From contig CBDCLH010000008.1 of assembly GCA_965218615.1 (NCBI GenBank), forward strand, positions 497,846-561,845: a stretch of DNA of 64,000 bases, written 5' to 3'. This document shows, piece after piece, positions 35,680 through 44,931 of this stretch (its first letter is position 1; each line of letters starts with the position of its first letter). The translations under genes and the position numbers were made by a program. The DNA comes from Bryobacterales bacterium (GTDB lineage Bacteria; Acidobacteriota; Terriglobia; Bryobacterales; UBA6623). The notes under the pieces are model-generated. The model saw only the letters and a program-made list of their open reading frames with translations, searched no databases and was not told the origin of the DNA.

Positions 35680-37284
35680 CTACCACAGGGCCTCGGAGAG
35701 CACTCGAGTGTCGTGCTCCAGCGGCATCTCCAAGCCGAGGATCGCGCCCAGCGAGGGCGCCCCGTCTTCGGGACCTGCCGGCCCATCGTAGCGACCCGAC
35801 GCGATCCCCGATCCGCTGAGCAGAACCGGGACCCTGCGTTCGTAGGCATGGGCGCCGCCATGACCCGCGCCACGTGGTTCCCCTGAATACAGAAACTCGC
35901 GCAAGTGGACTTGCACGTGCGCCGAGCGTCGCTCGAAGAAGGCATTCTCGAAGAGCACCGCGACCCCATCGCCGCCTCTGGCGGCCAGCTGCTCCGAGGT
36001 GAAGACGCCCTTCAACCCAGGCTGTTGCCGCAGCCAGCGCGCAAGGCAGTCGCTGATCGCGCCGCGGCTCATCCTTCGTTCGCGTAGCGCCTCCTCGCTC
36101 CAATACAACTGCGTGCCGCTCGCTTGCGCGACAAGGCCACTTGCGGAACCAGACCCGCACGCCTCGATCGCCTTCCGGGCGCGCTCCCAGAGCGCCCTGC
36201 TGTCGAAACGCTCGGCCTGGATGCCGCGTGCTCGCAACTCTTCCACGAGGGGGATGGCGCCATGGTCCGCGGACAGGGCAACCACCACGAAGTCCAAACC
36301 GACCAGCTCGTCAATCGCGTCGAAGAACGCGCCGAGCATCCGGTCGAAACGCAAGTGATGATCCATCGCCTCCTGGCTGAAAGGACCGGAACGGTGGCCG
36401 ATCGAGTCCGTTGCGGAAAGGCCGAGAGCCAGCAGGTCGGGCTCGCTATCTGCGCCGATCTCGCCGGAACGCAGCGCCGCCAGCGCCGCTTCCAAGGTGA
36501 TCTCATCCGAATAGGGGGTCGAGGCAAGCTCCGACTCGAAGCCCTCCCGCGGCAGGCAGTGCGGAAAGACCGTATCCACCCCGTTCCACTCGGTCGGAAA
36601 ATCATCCTTCCTGGCCAGCTTCTCGTAGAGTTCCTCGTCCTCGAGGAGTGGGGTCCACTCACGTCCGGCGTACTCTGCCGCCGACTGTCCGGCATTGAAC
36701 TGGGCCAACCACTCCGGAAGCGCCTCGCCGTAATAGTCCGAGCCGAGCAGGCATCCGCATCCGGGCTCGTACCACAATGCGCCGTCGGCCTTGTGTCCCG
36801 CGAGAAGGATCGCAGCGCGGTCCTTGGCCAAAAAGGCATACACCTTCGAGCCGCTGTGCTTGCTCTTCAGCGCGGCGCCCAGAGTGCCGGCCAGCAGAGC
36901 GCGCGGAGACGCGCCCTTCCCGGGCCCGCCGACGGCGGCGTGCCGCTCGTCCTCCACACAGTAGACTCGGCCCCTTGCGCTCTCTCGCCAGAAATTGCCC
37001 ACCACGCCATGGGTCGCCGGATGCAGGCCCGTCGCCAGGGTCGCATGGCCCGCGCCGGTCACCGTGGCCGCATGGCGGTAGGCGGCGTTCGCAAAGCACG
37101 CGCCGTTCTCGAGCAGCCAGCGCAAGCCGCCCTCGTACTGCGTCCGGAAGCGCGCGAGGTAGTCCGTGCGCAACTGATCGACCGCCAGCAGAGCGACCAG
37201 TCTGGGCGGCTGCGGCCGACCGGCAGGCAGGAACACCGTCGCCAGCAGAGCCAGCCAAGCCAGCCGTTGCAGCCGCGGCGTCAC
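35680..37284 (-). CDS. Alkaline-phosphatase-superfamily nucleotide pyrophosphatase/phosphodiesterase-like protein
   Basis: Signal LAWLALLATVFLPAG, then LVALLAVDQLRTDYL..ATVTGAGHATLATGLHP..HGVVGN.W..SATDSIGHRSGP..VVALSADHG. GTG start overlaps the upstream gene's stop. Confidence 0.8.
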   Translation of the reverse strand: MTPRLQRLAWLALLATVFLPAGRPQPPRLVALLAVDQLRTDYLARFRTQYEGGLRWLLENGACFANAAYRHAATVTGAGHATLATGLHPATHGVVGNFWRESARGRVYCVEDERHAAVGGPGKGASPRALLAGTLGAALKSKHSGSKVYAFLAKDRAAILLAGHKADGALWYEPGCGCLLGSDYYGEALPEWLAQFNAGQSAAEYAGREWTPLLEDEELYEKLARKDDFPTEWNGVDTVFPHCLPREGFESELASTPYSDEITLEAALAALRSGEIGADSEPDLLALGLSATDSIGHRSGPFSQEAMDHHLRFDRMLGAFFDAIDELVGLDFVVVALSADHGAIPLVEELRARGIQAERFDSRALWERARKAIEACGSGSASGLVAQASGTQLYWSEEALRERRMSRGAISDCLARWLRQQPGLKGVFTSEQLAARGGDGVAVLFENAFFERRSAHVQVHLREFLYSGEPRGAGHGGAHAYERRVPVLLSGSGIASGRYDGPAGPEDGAPSLGAILGLEMPLEHDTRVLSEALW

Positions 37285-37529
37285 TCGTCCTCCCAGTCGG
37301 CCTCCTGCACGGCGTCCTGGAGCAGGGCCCGCACCTCATCCGCCTGGGACTCCAAGACCTTGATCAGCACGTTGCCGACCGGCTGCTGGATGACGTTTTC
37401 CCGCGCCAGCCAGCAATCGATACCCGCGGATGCCAGCAGAGAGTGGATCACTTCCGCCTCGACGTTGGCCAAATGGCTGCGGGACGAGAAGACCGTGACG
37501 AGCTCCTCGTCGTTGTGATAGCTCTGCAT
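37281..37529 (-). CDS. DUF2007-like small protein (putative signal-transducing fold)
   Basis: MQSYHNDEELVTVFSS.SHLANVEAEVIHSLLASAGIDCWL..VLIKVLESQADEVRALL. ATG at 37529. Its stop overlaps the start of the downstream phosphodiesterase gene. Confidence 0.6.
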   Translation of the reverse strand: MQSYHNDEELVTVFSSRSHLANVEAEVIHSLLASAGIDCWLARENVIQQPVGNVLIKVLESQADEVRALLQDAVQEADWEDE

Positions 37530-37626
37530 CGGCTTCTTCGGAAGTCTACCAGACTGGGATGTGAACTCTGGGCCCCTCCCCGAAACCGGCGGCTGTGGAA
37601 TACTGGGACTCGCGGGGAAACCTCTC

Positions 37627-38454
37627 ATGGTCCGTTTCGTTGTATTGCTTTCGCTTCTGGTTCTTGCGGCCGCGATCCCGTGCGCGGCGGACAGCCACCA
37701 GCAGTACCCGACCGGCTATACCGATACGCCCTTCCTACCCGGCGGCCGCTGGCGGGTCCACGACGACGCCCGCCCTCGCCCTCGGATCGTCGAACCCGGG
37801 GCGGCCAGCACGCCCAGCCAGCCCGACACGCCGCCCGCGGATGCGGTCGTGCTTTTCGACGGCATCGATCTCCGCCAGTGGGTGCGGCGCGGCCAGGGCG
37901 GCAAAATCCTGGAGCCCGCCTGGAAGGTCGAGAACGGCTACATGGAAATCGTGCCCGGCACGGGCAGCCACAGGACCAAGGAGGCCTTCGGGGACGTGCA
38001 GCTCCACATCGAGTGGGCGACGCCGAGCCAACTGCATGGCGCCAGTCAAGCCCGTGGTAACAGTGGCGTGATGTTCATGGAACTCTATGAGATTCAGGTT
38101 CTGGACTCCGACGACAACATCAGCTACGCCGATGGCCAGGCCGGCGCGATCTACGGGCAGTATCCACCTCTCGTGAACGCCTCCCGCAAGCCAGGCGAGT
38201 GGCAGACCTACGACATCGTCTTCGAAGCGCCGCGCTTCGACGGAGACAAGCTCCAAAAGCCCGCCTATATCACTGTCTTCCACAATGGCGTTCTGCTCCA
38301 CCACCGCCAGGAGATGATGGGGCCGATGCGCCACAAAGTTCCGAGCGAGTACTCCTCCCACGCCGCGGAACTGCCGTTGCTGCTGCAAGCCCACGACAAT
38401 CCGGTGCGGTATCGCAACATCTGGGCGCGGCGCCTGACACTACGCGACCCGTAG
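37627..38454 (+). CDS. DUF1080 (3-keto-disaccharide hydrolase-like) secreted protein
   Basis: Signal MVRFVVLLSLLVLAAAIPCAA, then ..DAVVLFDG.DL..W..W.VENGYMEI..T.EAFGDVQLHIEW..NSGV..YEIQVLDS..DGQAGAIYGQ.PP..W.TYDIVF.AP..TVFHNGVL. Confidence 0.8.
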   Translation: MVRFVVLLSLLVLAAAIPCAADSHQQYPTGYTDTPFLPGGRWRVHDDARPRPRIVEPGAASTPSQPDTPPADAVVLFDGIDLRQWVRRGQGGKILEPAWKVENGYMEIVPGTGSHRTKEAFGDVQLHIEWATPSQLHGASQARGNSGVMFMELYEIQVLDSDDNISYADGQAGAIYGQYPPLVNASRKPGEWQTYDIVFEAPRFDGDKLQKPAYITVFHNGVLLHHRQEMMGPMRHKVPSEYSSHAAELPLLLQAHDNPVRYRNIWARRLTLRDP

Positions 38455-39150
38455 CGCAAGCACCGCCAGCGGCAGCGCCAATCCGAGGACGAGATCCCAG
38501 GCGCTGGACTGTCTCGCCCTCAGCCGTGGGAATTCGCCCCGAAAACCGCGCACCAGCATCGCTTGCGCCACGCGCTCGGCGCGCTCCCAACCGCGCACGA
38601 ACACCATTGCGACCTGATTCGCCCACACGCGGATCCGGCCACTCCTGATGCGGCCGCCGGTGCGGCACTCGCGCGCCCGCGCGATGCGGCGCCACTCTTC
38701 AAGCAGCACAAAGAGATAGCGGTGCATCAGGATCGCCGTCAGCGCCAGTCCCCGCGGCGCCCCGAGGCGTCGCAGGGACTCGACGATGTCCTCGATCGGC
38801 GTCGTCGCGGCGAGCAGCGACAGCAGCAAGATCGCCGAGTAAGCCTTGAGGACGACGGTCAATGCGAGACGATACGCGTCCGGCGCGGCGGACGCCAACG
38901 GAAGCAGCGCCGCCATCCCGATGAATGGCGTGGCCGCCAACAATCGCCGCGACAGGTAGCGGAGCGGAACGCGGGACAAGACCCACAACCCGGCCAGCAT
39001 GGCCAGCGCAGCCGGGAATCTCCACCCGGCCGCAGCCGGAAACGTCGAGATCGCCAGCACGGCGCCGAGCGCCCCGCACAGTTTGGCCGACGAATCCATC
39101 CGGGCGAGGGGCGAGTGTGGCGCCGCGACCGGGCCGTCGAAGTCTCTCAT
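38440..39150 (-). CDS. cbiQ: ECF-type cobalt/nickel transporter transmembrane (T) component CbiQ
   Basis: ..MDSSAKL..TPFIGMAALL..LKAYSAILLLSLLAATTP..IVESLRRLG.P..L.L...HRY.F.L.EE..RI..A...R. ATG at 39150 forms an ATGA overlap with the upstream stop. Confidence 0.75.
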   Translation of the reverse strand: MRDFDGPVAAPHSPLARMDSSAKLCGALGAVLAISTFPAAAGWRFPAALAMLAGLWVLSRVPLRYLSRRLLAATPFIGMAALLPLASAAPDAYRLALTVVLKAYSAILLLSLLAATTPIEDIVESLRRLGAPRGLALTAILMHRYLFVLLEEWRRIARARECRTGGRIRSGRIRVWANQVAMVFVRGWERAERVAQAMLVRGFRGEFPRLRARQSSAWDLVLGLALPLAVLALRVA

Positions 39151-39587
39151 GCGGCTGTCCGGCGCCGTCGCAGCGCGTGCAGCGCGAGGATCAGCAGCGC
39201 GAGGACCAGCGCCGCCAAGCCCAGCGATCCGGAGATCCCGCTCCAAGGATCCCTCTCCGGAACTCGCGCGATGCCGTTGTCGTCGACAGCCACTGTCAGT
39301 TGGGTCCGGTGGCCCATCCCATCGTCCACGACGACGCGCCACTCGCCCGAGGCATCCGGGACGAAAGTCGCCCGACCGTGCACGTCGGTGCGTTGCCGCT
39401 GGTAGCTCCGGTTGGGCTCGGCCGGCGAGTAGACCAGCACCTCCGCGTCGGCCGGCTCACCGTCCGTATAGACGCAGCGCAGCGCCACTACGGGCGCTTG
39501 CAATTCCAACTGCGCCTGCAGTCCGTGCGCCTGCGCTAGCAGAGGCACGCCCAACCAGAGCGCGGCGACATGGGCCCAGCTCCGCAT
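39147..39587 (-). CDS. Accessory protein at the CbiN/NikK position: signal peptide, transthyretin/CarboxypepD_reg-like beta domain, C-terminal TM helix
   Basis: MRSWAHVAALWLGVPLLAQA, then ..CVYTDGEPADAEVLVYSP..RTDVHGRATFVPDASGEWRVVVDDGMGHRTQLTV, then TM GSLGLAALVLALLILAL + RRRR. ATGA overlaps occur at both ends. Confidence 0.6.
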   Translation of the reverse strand: MRSWAHVAALWLGVPLLAQAHGLQAQLELQAPVVALRCVYTDGEPADAEVLVYSPAEPNRSYQRQRTDVHGRATFVPDASGEWRVVVDDGMGHRTQLTVAVDDNGIARVPERDPWSGISGSLGLAALVLALLILALHALRRRRTAA

Positions 39588-40174
39588 CAGACGACGGAAG
39601 GCGCCAGGATCTCAGGCTTGGCGCGTCGCAGGAACCCAACGGCCGCCGCTGTGACGGCAGCCTCCAGGGCCGCAACCAACGCGTACAGCGTAGCCACCAC
39701 ATAGAAGCCGCGGCCGTAATCCGCCAGCTCAAACTCCCAGGCCAGTAGCAGCGCCGGCAGCAATGCGCCCAACAGGCCCGCCACCAGAGCGCGGTGCGTG
39801 TCGCCCAGAGGCAGCAGCCTCCAGATCCACCAGCCCGCATAAGCCCCCAGCCCCATGTTGAGCGTATTCACGCCCAATGAGAGGAGCCCACCATGCTGCA
39901 GCAGAAGGGATTGGAACAGCAGGCAGACGTAGAGGACCGGGAATGCTCTCTTGCCCAGCAAGATCCCCAGCAAGCCGTACAGCCCGAGGTGCGCCGGCAA
40001 GCCTGCGATCGGGAACTGGATGGTCGACACCACAAAGGCGGCAGCCGACGCGAGGCCCATTTTGGAAGCCTCCGCCACCTGCACCTTGCGGCACGTGCCA
40101 AAAAGGCACGCGCCGGTCACCAGATGCGCCGCGATACAGCCGCTGACAGGGAAGATGCCGTCCGCGATATGCAC
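39587..40174 (-). CDS. cbiM: ECF-type cobalt/nickel substrate-capture component CbiM/NikM
   Basis: N-terminus M-H-I-A-D-G (Met-His metal-ligand N-terminus typical of CbiM/NikM), with 5-6 TM segments and ..STIQFPI..HLGLYGLLGILLG... GTG start at 40174. Confidence 0.75.
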   Translation of the reverse strand: MHIADGIFPVSGCIAAHLVTGACLFGTCRKVQVAEASKMGLASAAAFVVSTIQFPIAGLPAHLGLYGLLGILLGKRAFPVLYVCLLFQSLLLQHGGLLSLGVNTLNMGLGAYAGWWIWRLLPLGDTHRALVAGLLGALLPALLLAWEFELADYGRGFYVVATLYALVAALEAAVTAAAVGFLRRAKPEILAPSVV

Positions 40175-40722
40175 GGGAGATGGGAGTATATCACGGGGCT
40201 GTCACGGCAAAGAGGAGAAACGGACCGACCAGGCGCCGCCGGAGACCACGCGAACAGGGTGGTTGGAATCGGGCGTCTCGAAACGGCCAAGGATAGCCTG
40301 GCCACTTCGTCGAGCAGACGGCTTCGTCGTGGAAAGCGCCAGTCGGGACCTGCTCTGTGATTGATGACTGGCCGCCGACCAAACCGCCGCACGGATCTCT
40401 CAGGCCCCCTGTACGCGGCGAATCAGGCCGCGCCCAGCGCCGCGGCGGCCGGAGGGACTCACCAAGTGTGCAAGGGAAACCAGCGGATCGATTAAGGTCC
40501 CGGCTGGCCAACTGCGGCGGGCTACACGACCTGGAGGTCGCATTCGGCCGGTGCAGAGAGGCCGACCTGGGATTCCCCTGGACTGGCTCTGATGCGCGCC
40601 GTGTTTCGGCCCGTGTAATCGTTCGCTGACGGGTCAACGGCGGCGGACCCAACTACGAGCAGGAGTGCGAACAGTGCGGCGGAAAGAGAGGGCCTTTCTG
40701 TCGGCGCCCCGCCGTCTGCGGT

Positions 40723-41802
40723 CTAGTTGCCGAGCCCGTGCTCGGCGGCGATCCCTTCCGCTAGGTGGTTTCGGATCCGGGCCCGGTTGCGCTCGATCTC
40801 GTAGTACGCCGAACGCAGCAGCTGTTCCTTGCGGTTGGCCAGCACGTCCCGGATGGACTTCCGGACGCCCGGGTCGTCAAACTTCCTCTGCCCTGCGGAT
40901 TCAATCGCGATCAGGCGCAGGATGCGGAATTCGCCATCCGTCTCCACAACCGGCGAAAACTGGCCTGGCTGCAAGGAAACCAACGCGCGCCGCAAGCGGA
41001 CATCCGCCTTCTCCAGAGCCGACTGCGGGATGAAGCCCATGTCGCCGCCGTTCGCAGCGTGGACGGGATCCTCCGAGTAGTGCAGCGCCAACTGCCCGAA
41101 GTCCGCGCCGTCCTCGAGTTTCTCGTGAATCCGCAGGATCTTCCGCCGAGCCGAGTCCGGATCCGTCGCGTCGTCGTTGCCAAGGTTCGGGATCGGCGAC
41201 ACTTCCGCTTCGGTGACCAGGATTTGCGCCAAGTGCACCTGCTGTTCGGGCAGAGTGAAGGCGGCCAGGTTCTTGTCGTAGTACTCCCGCAGCTCGCCTT
41301 CCCCGACCACGACGCGGGATGAGATCTCCCGGTTCAGCAGCTTCTCGACAGTCAACTGCCGCCGCAGCTCGGTGCGCAACTCCCGCAACGAGATGCCGGA
41401 GCTGTGGAGCGAGTCCTCAAACGCCTCAGCCGTCTCGTACGGGTGACGCAAGCGCTCCAGGATCGCGTCGACCTCGCGGTCCGCAACCGCCAAGCCCAAC
41501 GCGTCCGCCCTCTGCAGCAACAAGCGCTGGTCGATGAGTTCGCGCAGCAGGTTCAGGCGCTGCAGCTGCTCCAGCTGGGGGTCCAGAGCGCGCGCATTGT
41601 CTGGCGCATCTTGCAGCCGCGAGGCCGCATAGCGTTCCAGATCCGCATTCGTGATCCGTTCGCCGTTGACCGAGGCCGCCAGTTGCGCACCGTCCCGCTC
41701 GGCGCAGGCAGCGCCCGCGAGCAGAGCACTCAAGGCTACCGCCCGCCATGCCCGCGCCGAGCGGCGCTCGCGCGGCAAGACCTGGCATCCCAAGGTCGGC
41801 AA
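40723..41802 (-). CDS. SurA-N plus parvulin-type peptidyl-prolyl isomerase (SurA/PpiD-like periplasmic chaperone)
   Basis: ..VNGE.IT..DLE......L.., then rotamase region VHLAQILV..DPDSARRKI..I.EKLEDGADFGQLALHYSEDP..A.NGGDMGFI....L. TTG start lies 5 nt after the rplQ stop (alternative TTG 24 nt downstream). Confidence 0.75.
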   Translation of the reverse strand: MPTLGCQVLPRERRSARAWRAVALSALLAGAACAERDGAQLAASVNGERITNADLERYAASRLQDAPDNARALDPQLEQLQRLNLLRELIDQRLLLQRADALGLAVADREVDAILERLRHPYETAEAFEDSLHSSGISLRELRTELRRQLTVEKLLNREISSRVVVGEGELREYYDKNLAAFTLPEQQVHLAQILVTEAEVSPIPNLGNDDATDPDSARRKILRIHEKLEDGADFGQLALHYSEDPVHAANGGDMGFIPQSALEKADVRLRRALVSLQPGQFSPVVETDGEFRILRLIAIESAGQRKFDDPGVRKSIRDVLANRKEQLLRSAYYEIERNRARIRNHLAEGIAAEHGLGN

Positions 41803-41807
41803 CCCGG

Positions 41808-42296
41808 CTACTTCTCGTCCAGTTCGGCTGTTTCGTCGGAGCCGGATTCCGTCGCGGCCGCTTGGCGCTGTTCCTCGGCCTGTTCCCGCTGCATGCGCCC
41901 TTCCCGGCGCTTCCTTTTGTCTTCGGCCTTCTTGGCGAGCCGCGTTCCCAGCAGTTCCAGGATCGCCGTCTCGGCGCCGTCGCCCTGCCGTGGACCCACG
42001 CGGACGATACGCGTGTACCCCCCGGCGCGCTCCGCGAACCGGGGTCCGATGCTGTCGAAGAGCTTCTTGACCGCCGCGGGCTCGAACAGGTAGGCGGCCG
42101 CCTGACGCCTGGCATGCAGCGTGTCACGCTTCGCCAGGGTGATCACGCGCTCGACCTGCGGGCGAACCGCCTTGGCCTTCGTGACCGTGGTCTGGATTCG
42201 CTCGTGCAGGATCACGCTCGTCGTCAGACCCCGCAGCAGGGCGCGCCGCGCAGAGGGGTCTCGCTGCAGCTTGTAGCCGCCCTTTCGATGCCTCAT
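41808..42296 (-). CDS. rplQ: 50S ribosomal protein L17 with acidic/basic C-terminal tail
   Basis: MRHRKGGYKLQRDPSARRALLRGLTTSVILHERIQTTVTKAKAVRP.VE..ITLAK..GGYTRI. Confidence 0.95.
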   Translation of the reverse strand: MRHRKGGYKLQRDPSARRALLRGLTTSVILHERIQTTVTKAKAVRPQVERVITLAKRDTLHARRQAAAYLFEPAAVKKLFDSIGPRFAERAGGYTRIVRVGPRQGDGAETAILELLGTRLAKKAEDKRKRREGRMQREQAEEQRQAAATESGSDETAELDEK

Positions 42297-42310
42297 CGCC
42301 CTCGCGCCCC

Positions 42311-43309
42311 CTAGACCTGCTCGCCGCCGGATTGCCTTGCAATCAGGCGGCCATGCTCGTCCTGGCGCATGCCGAACTGCAGGCCCATCGTCTCCAGGAT
42401 GTCCTTGATCTCAATCAGCGACTTGCGTCCGAAGTTCTTCGTCTTCAGCATGTCGGACTCCGTCCGCACGACCAGATCGCCGATCGTCTGGATGTTGGCA
42501 TTCTTCAGGCAGTTGTATGAGCGAACCGACAGTTCGAGATCCTCCACCGACTTGTTGAGGTGTTCGGTGTAGCGGTCTCCCTGCAACTCCGCGTGCACTT
42601 CCTCGACGACCGCTTCCTCCTCGAAGTTGATGAAGATCTGCATGTGGTCCTTCATCAGCTTCGCGGCCAGTCCAATCGCATCCTGCGGCGTCACCGCACC
42701 GTTCGTCCACAACTCCAGCGTCAGCTTCTCATAGTCCGTCATCTGCCCGAGACGTGCCGATTCGACGCCGTATTGAACCCGGTGCACCGGCGAGTGGACC
42801 GAGTCGATCGGGATGTAGCCCAACGCCAAGCCCTCGTCGAAGTTCTTCTCCGCCGAGACGTAGCCCCGGCCGAGCTTCACCCGCATCTCGACGTCCAGAA
42901 TGCCGTCGTCACTGACCGTTGCGATGTAGACATCCGGGTTCAGGATGGTCACGTCCGAGTCGGCCTCGATCGCCGAGCTGTAGACCTCGCCGGGCTCGGT
43001 CGCCCGCAGGCGTATCGTCCGAGTGCCCTCGCCGTGCAACTGCAGCGGGATCTGCTTCAGGTTCAGAATGATGTCCGTAGCATCCTCGACTACGCCCGGG
43101 ATGGGGCTGAACTCGTGCGAGATGGCCTCGATCCGCACAGCGCTGATGGCCGCTCCCTCAATCGAACTCAGCAGCGCGCGGCGCAGCGAGTTGCCGATTG
43201 TCGTGCCGAATCCGCGCTCGAAGGGCTGGGCGCTGAAGCGCCCGTAAGTGTCCTGCAGGGACTCCGAGTCGACGGCCAGCCGCTTGGGCTTCTGGAATCC
43301 TGTCCACAT
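42311..43309 (-). CDS. rpoA: DNA-directed RNA polymerase alpha subunit
   Basis: ..[34 protein letters not shown]....[41 protein letters not shown]...E.DML...NFG.KSL.EIK. ATG at 43309 lies inside the listed ORF. Confidence 0.95.
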   Translation of the reverse strand: MWTGFQKPKRLAVDSESLQDTYGRFSAQPFERGFGTTIGNSLRRALLSSIEGAAISAVRIEAISHEFSPIPGVVEDATDIILNLKQIPLQLHGEGTRTIRLRATEPGEVYSSAIEADSDVTILNPDVYIATVSDDGILDVEMRVKLGRGYVSAEKNFDEGLALGYIPIDSVHSPVHRVQYGVESARLGQMTDYEKLTLELWTNGAVTPQDAIGLAAKLMKDHMQIFINFEEEAVVEEVHAELQGDRYTEHLNKSVEDLELSVRSYNCLKNANIQTIGDLVVRTESDMLKTKNFGRKSLIEIKDILETMGLQFGMRQDEHGRLIARQSGGEQV

Positions 43310-43368
43310 GCGATGTCTGCCTTCTCTCTGCTCTCCAGGGCCGCGGATCGTTGGCGGTCCAGCGGGAA

Positions 43369-43986
43369 CTACCGCGAATACAACTCCACGATCAACTGCG
43401 CGTTGATCTGCGTGGTCTGCAGGTCCTCCTTGGTCGGCATGCTCAGCACGCGGCCGCGGAACTGCACGGGCGCCTGCTCCAGCCAACCCGGCGCCGCCGG
43501 CAGCACGGGCACTTCGAGGGCCAACTGGATCCCTCCGTGTTCCCGGCTCTTCTCCCGAATCTCAACAACGTCCCCCGTTTGCACCAAGTAGGAGGGGATA
43601 TCGACCTTCCCGCCGTTCACCTGCACGTGACCGTGGTTGACGATCTGGCGCGCCTGCCGCCGCGAGACGGCAAAGCTCAGCCGGAACACGACATTGTCGA
43701 GACGACGCTCCAACAGGCTGAGCAGGTTGTCGCCCACCACGCCCTGCATCCGGGTCGCCCGCTTGTAGTAGTTGCGGAACTGACGCTCTAATACATCATA
43801 CATGAAGCGAGCGCGCTGCTTTTCCTGCACCTGCAGGGCGTAGCCGATCATCTTCCTCGGCCTCTGCGTCTTGCCGTGCTGGCCCGGCGCATACGGACGC
43901 CTGTCCAGCAGCCGCTCCGACTTCGGGTCGAGCGCCATACCCAAGCGCCGCGAGCGGCGCAGCATCGGTCCCCGGTTTCGTGCCAT
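43369..43986 (-). CDS. rpsD: 30S ribosomal protein S4
   Basis: [30 protein letters not shown]+..F.Y...E.QF..YY..A...G..G..LL.LLE.RLDNVV+R..FA.SR.QARQ.V.HGH..VNG. Confidence 0.95.
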   Translation of the reverse strand: MARNRGPMLRRSRRLGMALDPKSERLLDRRPYAPGQHGKTQRPRKMIGYALQVQEKQRARFMYDVLERQFRNYYKRATRMQGVVGDNLLSLLERRLDNVVFRLSFAVSRRQARQIVNHGHVQVNGGKVDIPSYLVQTGDVVEIREKSREHGGIQLALEVPVLPAAPGWLEQAPVQFRGRVLSMPTKEDLQTTQINAQLIVELYSR

Positions 43987-44001
43987 CGTTCTCTCCGCTT
44001 C

Positions 44002-44403
44002 TCAGACGCGACGCTTCTTCGGCGGACGGCAGCCGTTGTGCGGCATTGGCGTCACGTCCCTGATGTGCGTCACTTGGATTCCGGCCGTGGCGAGCGCCCG
44101 GATGGCCGACTCGCGCCCCCCGCCGGGGCCTTTCACGCGGACGGTGACCCTCTGGACTCCATGCTCCTTGGCCCCATTCGCGGCCGTCAAGCTCGCCTGT
44201 TGCGCCGCGAAGGGAGTGCCTTTTTGCGACCCACGGAAACCGAGCGAGCCGGCGCTGGACCAGGAGATCGTCCCGCCTTCCAGGTCGGTGATCGTGACGA
44301 TCGTGTTGTTGAAGGTCGCCTTCACATGGACAACTCCGACCGGTATATTCTTCTTCTGCCGGCTCTTAAACCGCTTCTTGTCCTTACCTTTGGGTTTCGC
44401 CAT
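44002..44403 (-). CDS. rpsK: 30S ribosomal protein S11
   Basis: ..[47 protein letters not shown]...[17 protein letters not shown]...[16 protein letters not shown]+RRV. Confidence 0.97.
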   Translation of the reverse strand: MAKPKGKDKKRFKSRQKKNIPVGVVHVKATFNNTIVTITDLEGGTISWSSAGSLGFRGSQKGTPFAAQQASLTAANGAKEHGVQRVTVRVKGPGGGRESAIRALATAGIQVTHIRDVTPMPHNGCRPPKKRRV

Positions 44404-44421
44404 CGTCCCACTCTCCAGGAA

Positions 44422-44802
44422 TTACTTGGTCGCCTTCTTCTTGTTCGCGATCTGGCCGCGCCGCGCGCCCTTGCGGCTGCGAGCATTCGTGTGTGTTCTC
44501 TGGCCCCGCACCGGCAGGCCGCGCCGATGCCGCAGGCCGCGGTAGCAGCCGATCTCCATCAAGCGGCGGACATTCATGGCGACCTCCTTGCGCAGGTCGC
44601 CCTCCACCGCGCGCTCCTCCTCGAGCAGGTTGCGCAGGGCTGTGATCTCCTGGTCGCCCAGGTCGCCCATGCGCTTGCCGAAGTCGATGCCAGCGCGGTA
44701 TAGCAGCGAGCGCGCCCGGGCGACGCCAATGCCATACAGGTACGTCAGTGAGACTTCCGCCCGTTTGGTGTCCGGGATGTCCACGCCTTCGAATCTCGCC
44801 AT
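44422..44802 (-). CDS. rpsM: 30S ribosomal protein S13
   Basis: [24 protein letters not shown]...A......AGI.....+..DL...E...+R........VEGDLR.EV..N++[13 protein letters not shown]+[13 protein letters not shown]+RKG. Confidence 0.97.
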   Translation of the reverse strand: MARFEGVDIPDTKRAEVSLTYLYGIGVARARSLLYRAGIDFGKRMGDLGDQEITALRNLLEEERAVEGDLRKEVAMNVRRLMEIGCYRGLRHRRGLPVRGQRTHTNARSRKGARRGQIANKKKATK

Positions 44803-44817
44803 TTCGTCTCCTCGCGC

Positions 44818-44931
44818 CTAACCCTGGCGCTGCTTGTGCTTGGGGTTGCTGCAAATCACGCGCACGACGCCGCGGCGTCGGACGATCTTGCAGTGGGCGC
44901 AAAGCTTCTTCACTGATGCCCGTACTTTCAT
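44818..44931 (-). CDS. rpmJ: 50S ribosomal protein L36
   Basis: Not in the ORF track (37 aa). Manual translation gives [40 protein letters not shown] at 44931 forms an ATGA overlap with the infA stop. Confidence 0.95.
   Translation of the reverse strand: MKVRASVKKLCAHCKIVRRRGVVRVICSNPKHKQRQG

Noticed and set aside
40175-40722. Calling the cbiM upstream region a cobalamin riboswitch
   Set aside because: Only partial look-alikes of the GGGAA/CCCGC core are present on the correct strand. The best B12-box-like string (GCCAGTCGGGACCTGC, ~40339-40354) is on the wrong strand and in the wrong order. The region is kept as an unexplained region, not as an RNA feature.
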